From contig NC_042998.1 of the NCBI RefSeq assembly GCF_006345805.1, forward strand, positions 2,294,001 through 2,358,000: a stretch of 64,000 nucleotides of DNA, read 5' to 3'. Both the position numbers and the translations under genes were made by a program. Each line of letters opens with the position of its first letter. Within the stretch, counting starts at the first letter, position 1. A model generated the notes under the pieces. That model saw only the letters and a list, made by a program, of their open reading frames with translations. It had not been told where the DNA came from and did no database searches. The DNA comes from Octopus sinensis. Its lineage: Eukaryota. Shown here piece by piece: positions 62,218-64,000 of this stretch.

Positions 62218-63734
62218 TTTTTTAACATCTGTTTTCCATACTAGCATGACTTGGATGGTTTGGCAGGAGCCAACAATCAATAGGACTACACCAAGCTCCA
62301 CTGTCTGCTTTGGCTTGGCTTCTACAGTTGGTAGGCCCTTCTTAGAGCCAACCACTTGACAGAGTGTATTGCATGTTTTTTTACATGGTACTGGCACCAC
62401 CCTCAAAACAAGGCTTCAACTGAGGGTGGTTATAGTATTAAGAGAAGTGGTGTTGTACCAGGTTGTGGGAGGCAGAGTGACAGAAACAGGTATTTTGCAG
62501 GGGCTGCAGGGGCTACCTCAAGTTACTATAAGAGAAGTGATCCAGAGGTGAATGAGTTATTAAGTTTGCGAGAGAGTAAAATGAGAGAGAAAGATGGATA
62601 GAGATAGAAAGAGAGTTGAATGCAGTGAATGGTGAAGATAAGTGGAGGTATGGTCATTGGTGAATACCAGTTTTGGGAGAGAAAAGGTGGAGGCAGTACC
62701 GATGAGCAGTGTATGAGAGATGCACAGCGCCAGGGACAAGGTCAGAAGTACATAGGGGTGGAAACAGTGAGAGATGAACAGAAGTAGTGAAGCTACCATT
62801 GACAGAATGAGGTGTAGAGAGGAATAACGAAAGTGAAAGAGGCTTTTGATAGAAAATAAAGCTGTAAGGAATGATCATCATCATCATTGTTTGACCGTGG
62901 TCGAGACAGTGGAATTTACCATGCTACGCCAGACTTCATGGTCCATCATGGCATTACAGAGGTCCTGGGATGACAATGTGAATTCAACAGACAAATATCT
63001 TTACCTCAATAAAAGTAGTTATTTTTGCATGTTACTAAAGCTGGGAATAATATATATTGCAAATGGTGAAATAGTTTACTTTTGTTTTTGTTATAGTTTT
63101 CAACTAAAAACACTGAGTAACAATGATTTTTGTCCTTGGGTTGTAACTGTTATTTCCTATTTGCTGACCCCTAGAAAGTATGAAAAAGGGTTAATATTTC
63201 CTCCAAACTTTGCTTTTGTTTTGAAGAGGAACCCTCTCAACACATGGCTACTCCTGCTCATTATCAGAGATGCATGTATTGTCAGCCACTAAGGCACATG
63301 CTCAAGTGCTTAAGGTCAAGCAATTGACAAGTAAATCTGTAGTACTGAGCAGAATATTTGCTATAACGATATTTCTGCTTCAGCAACTCAGCGCTGAATC
63401 TGTCTGAAATGTAATGGAAAATAGGCCAGTTTCAAAACATTGATGTCCAGGTCACAAAAGCAAAGTTTGAAGGGAATAATAGTCATTTCCTTTGATTTCT
63501 AGATAGAAGAAAATAGGAAATAGCACTTACTGCCCAAAGGTAAAAAAAGAAATTTAATTTTGTTACACAGGCGTAGGAGTGGCTCTGTGGTAAGTAGCTT
63601 GCTTAGGAACCACATGGTTCCGGGTTCAGTTCCACTGCATGGCACCTCGGGCAAGTGTCTTCTACTATAGCCTCGGGCTGACCAAAGCCTTGTTAGTGGA
63701 TTTGGTAGACGGAAACTGAAAGAAGCCCGTCGTA

Positions 63735-63781
<47 letters not shown>

Positions 63782-64000
63782 ACATATATATATAATAGAA
63801 ATATTAAAATTACTAAGTCTCTATAAAAGGGATTATGGCAGCGTTTACTGGAAATTAATTGTTATCGCCATATTAATATGGCATTCTTATAGATATAAGA
63901 ATAATCGCTGCCATGGCAGTGTGAAGCGGCTGACCTCCCTTGTTCGAAGGTTATAATGGATACAGATCGTGTATCAATAGCTATCTTGATGGCGGTGGCC

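Overview
Eukaryotic, AT-rich, repeat-dense genomic DNA. The SINE, RTE-tail, Penelope and microsatellite repertoire is typical of an octopus (coleoid cephalopod) genome; this is inferred from repeat families, not from a search. Almost all ORFs in the supplied track are spurious (microsatellite or repeat derived). Four spliced protein-coding genes are supported by GT-AG exons and recognisable protein sequence. (1) The first two coding exons of an unconventional myosin (class III-like motor N-terminus, - strand, 28351->12766, continuing off the left edge) that appears to lack the kinase domain. (2) Complete TBCA (4 exons, +, 110 aa). (3) Complete NUBP1/Nbp35 (2 coding exons, -, 324 aa). (4) A complete glutaredoxin-like C5orf63/YDR286C homologue (2 exons, +, 111 aa) head-to-head with NUBP1, with the ATGs 155 bp apart. 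The rest is decayed mobile DNA: an RTE LINE 3' end with a ~60-bp tandem array, a Penelope-like element, a mariner, a DD37D fragment, CR1 and R4-like fragments, non-autonomous Helitrons, MITEs and several tRNA-SINE families. The most unusual signals are several hammerhead-ribozyme-like motifs in inverted, Penelope-like cassettes within the NUBP1 and C5orf63 introns (one fused to a tRNA-like Pol III head), and a fold-back element with a TTAGGG telomeric core nested in another inverted-repeat element.
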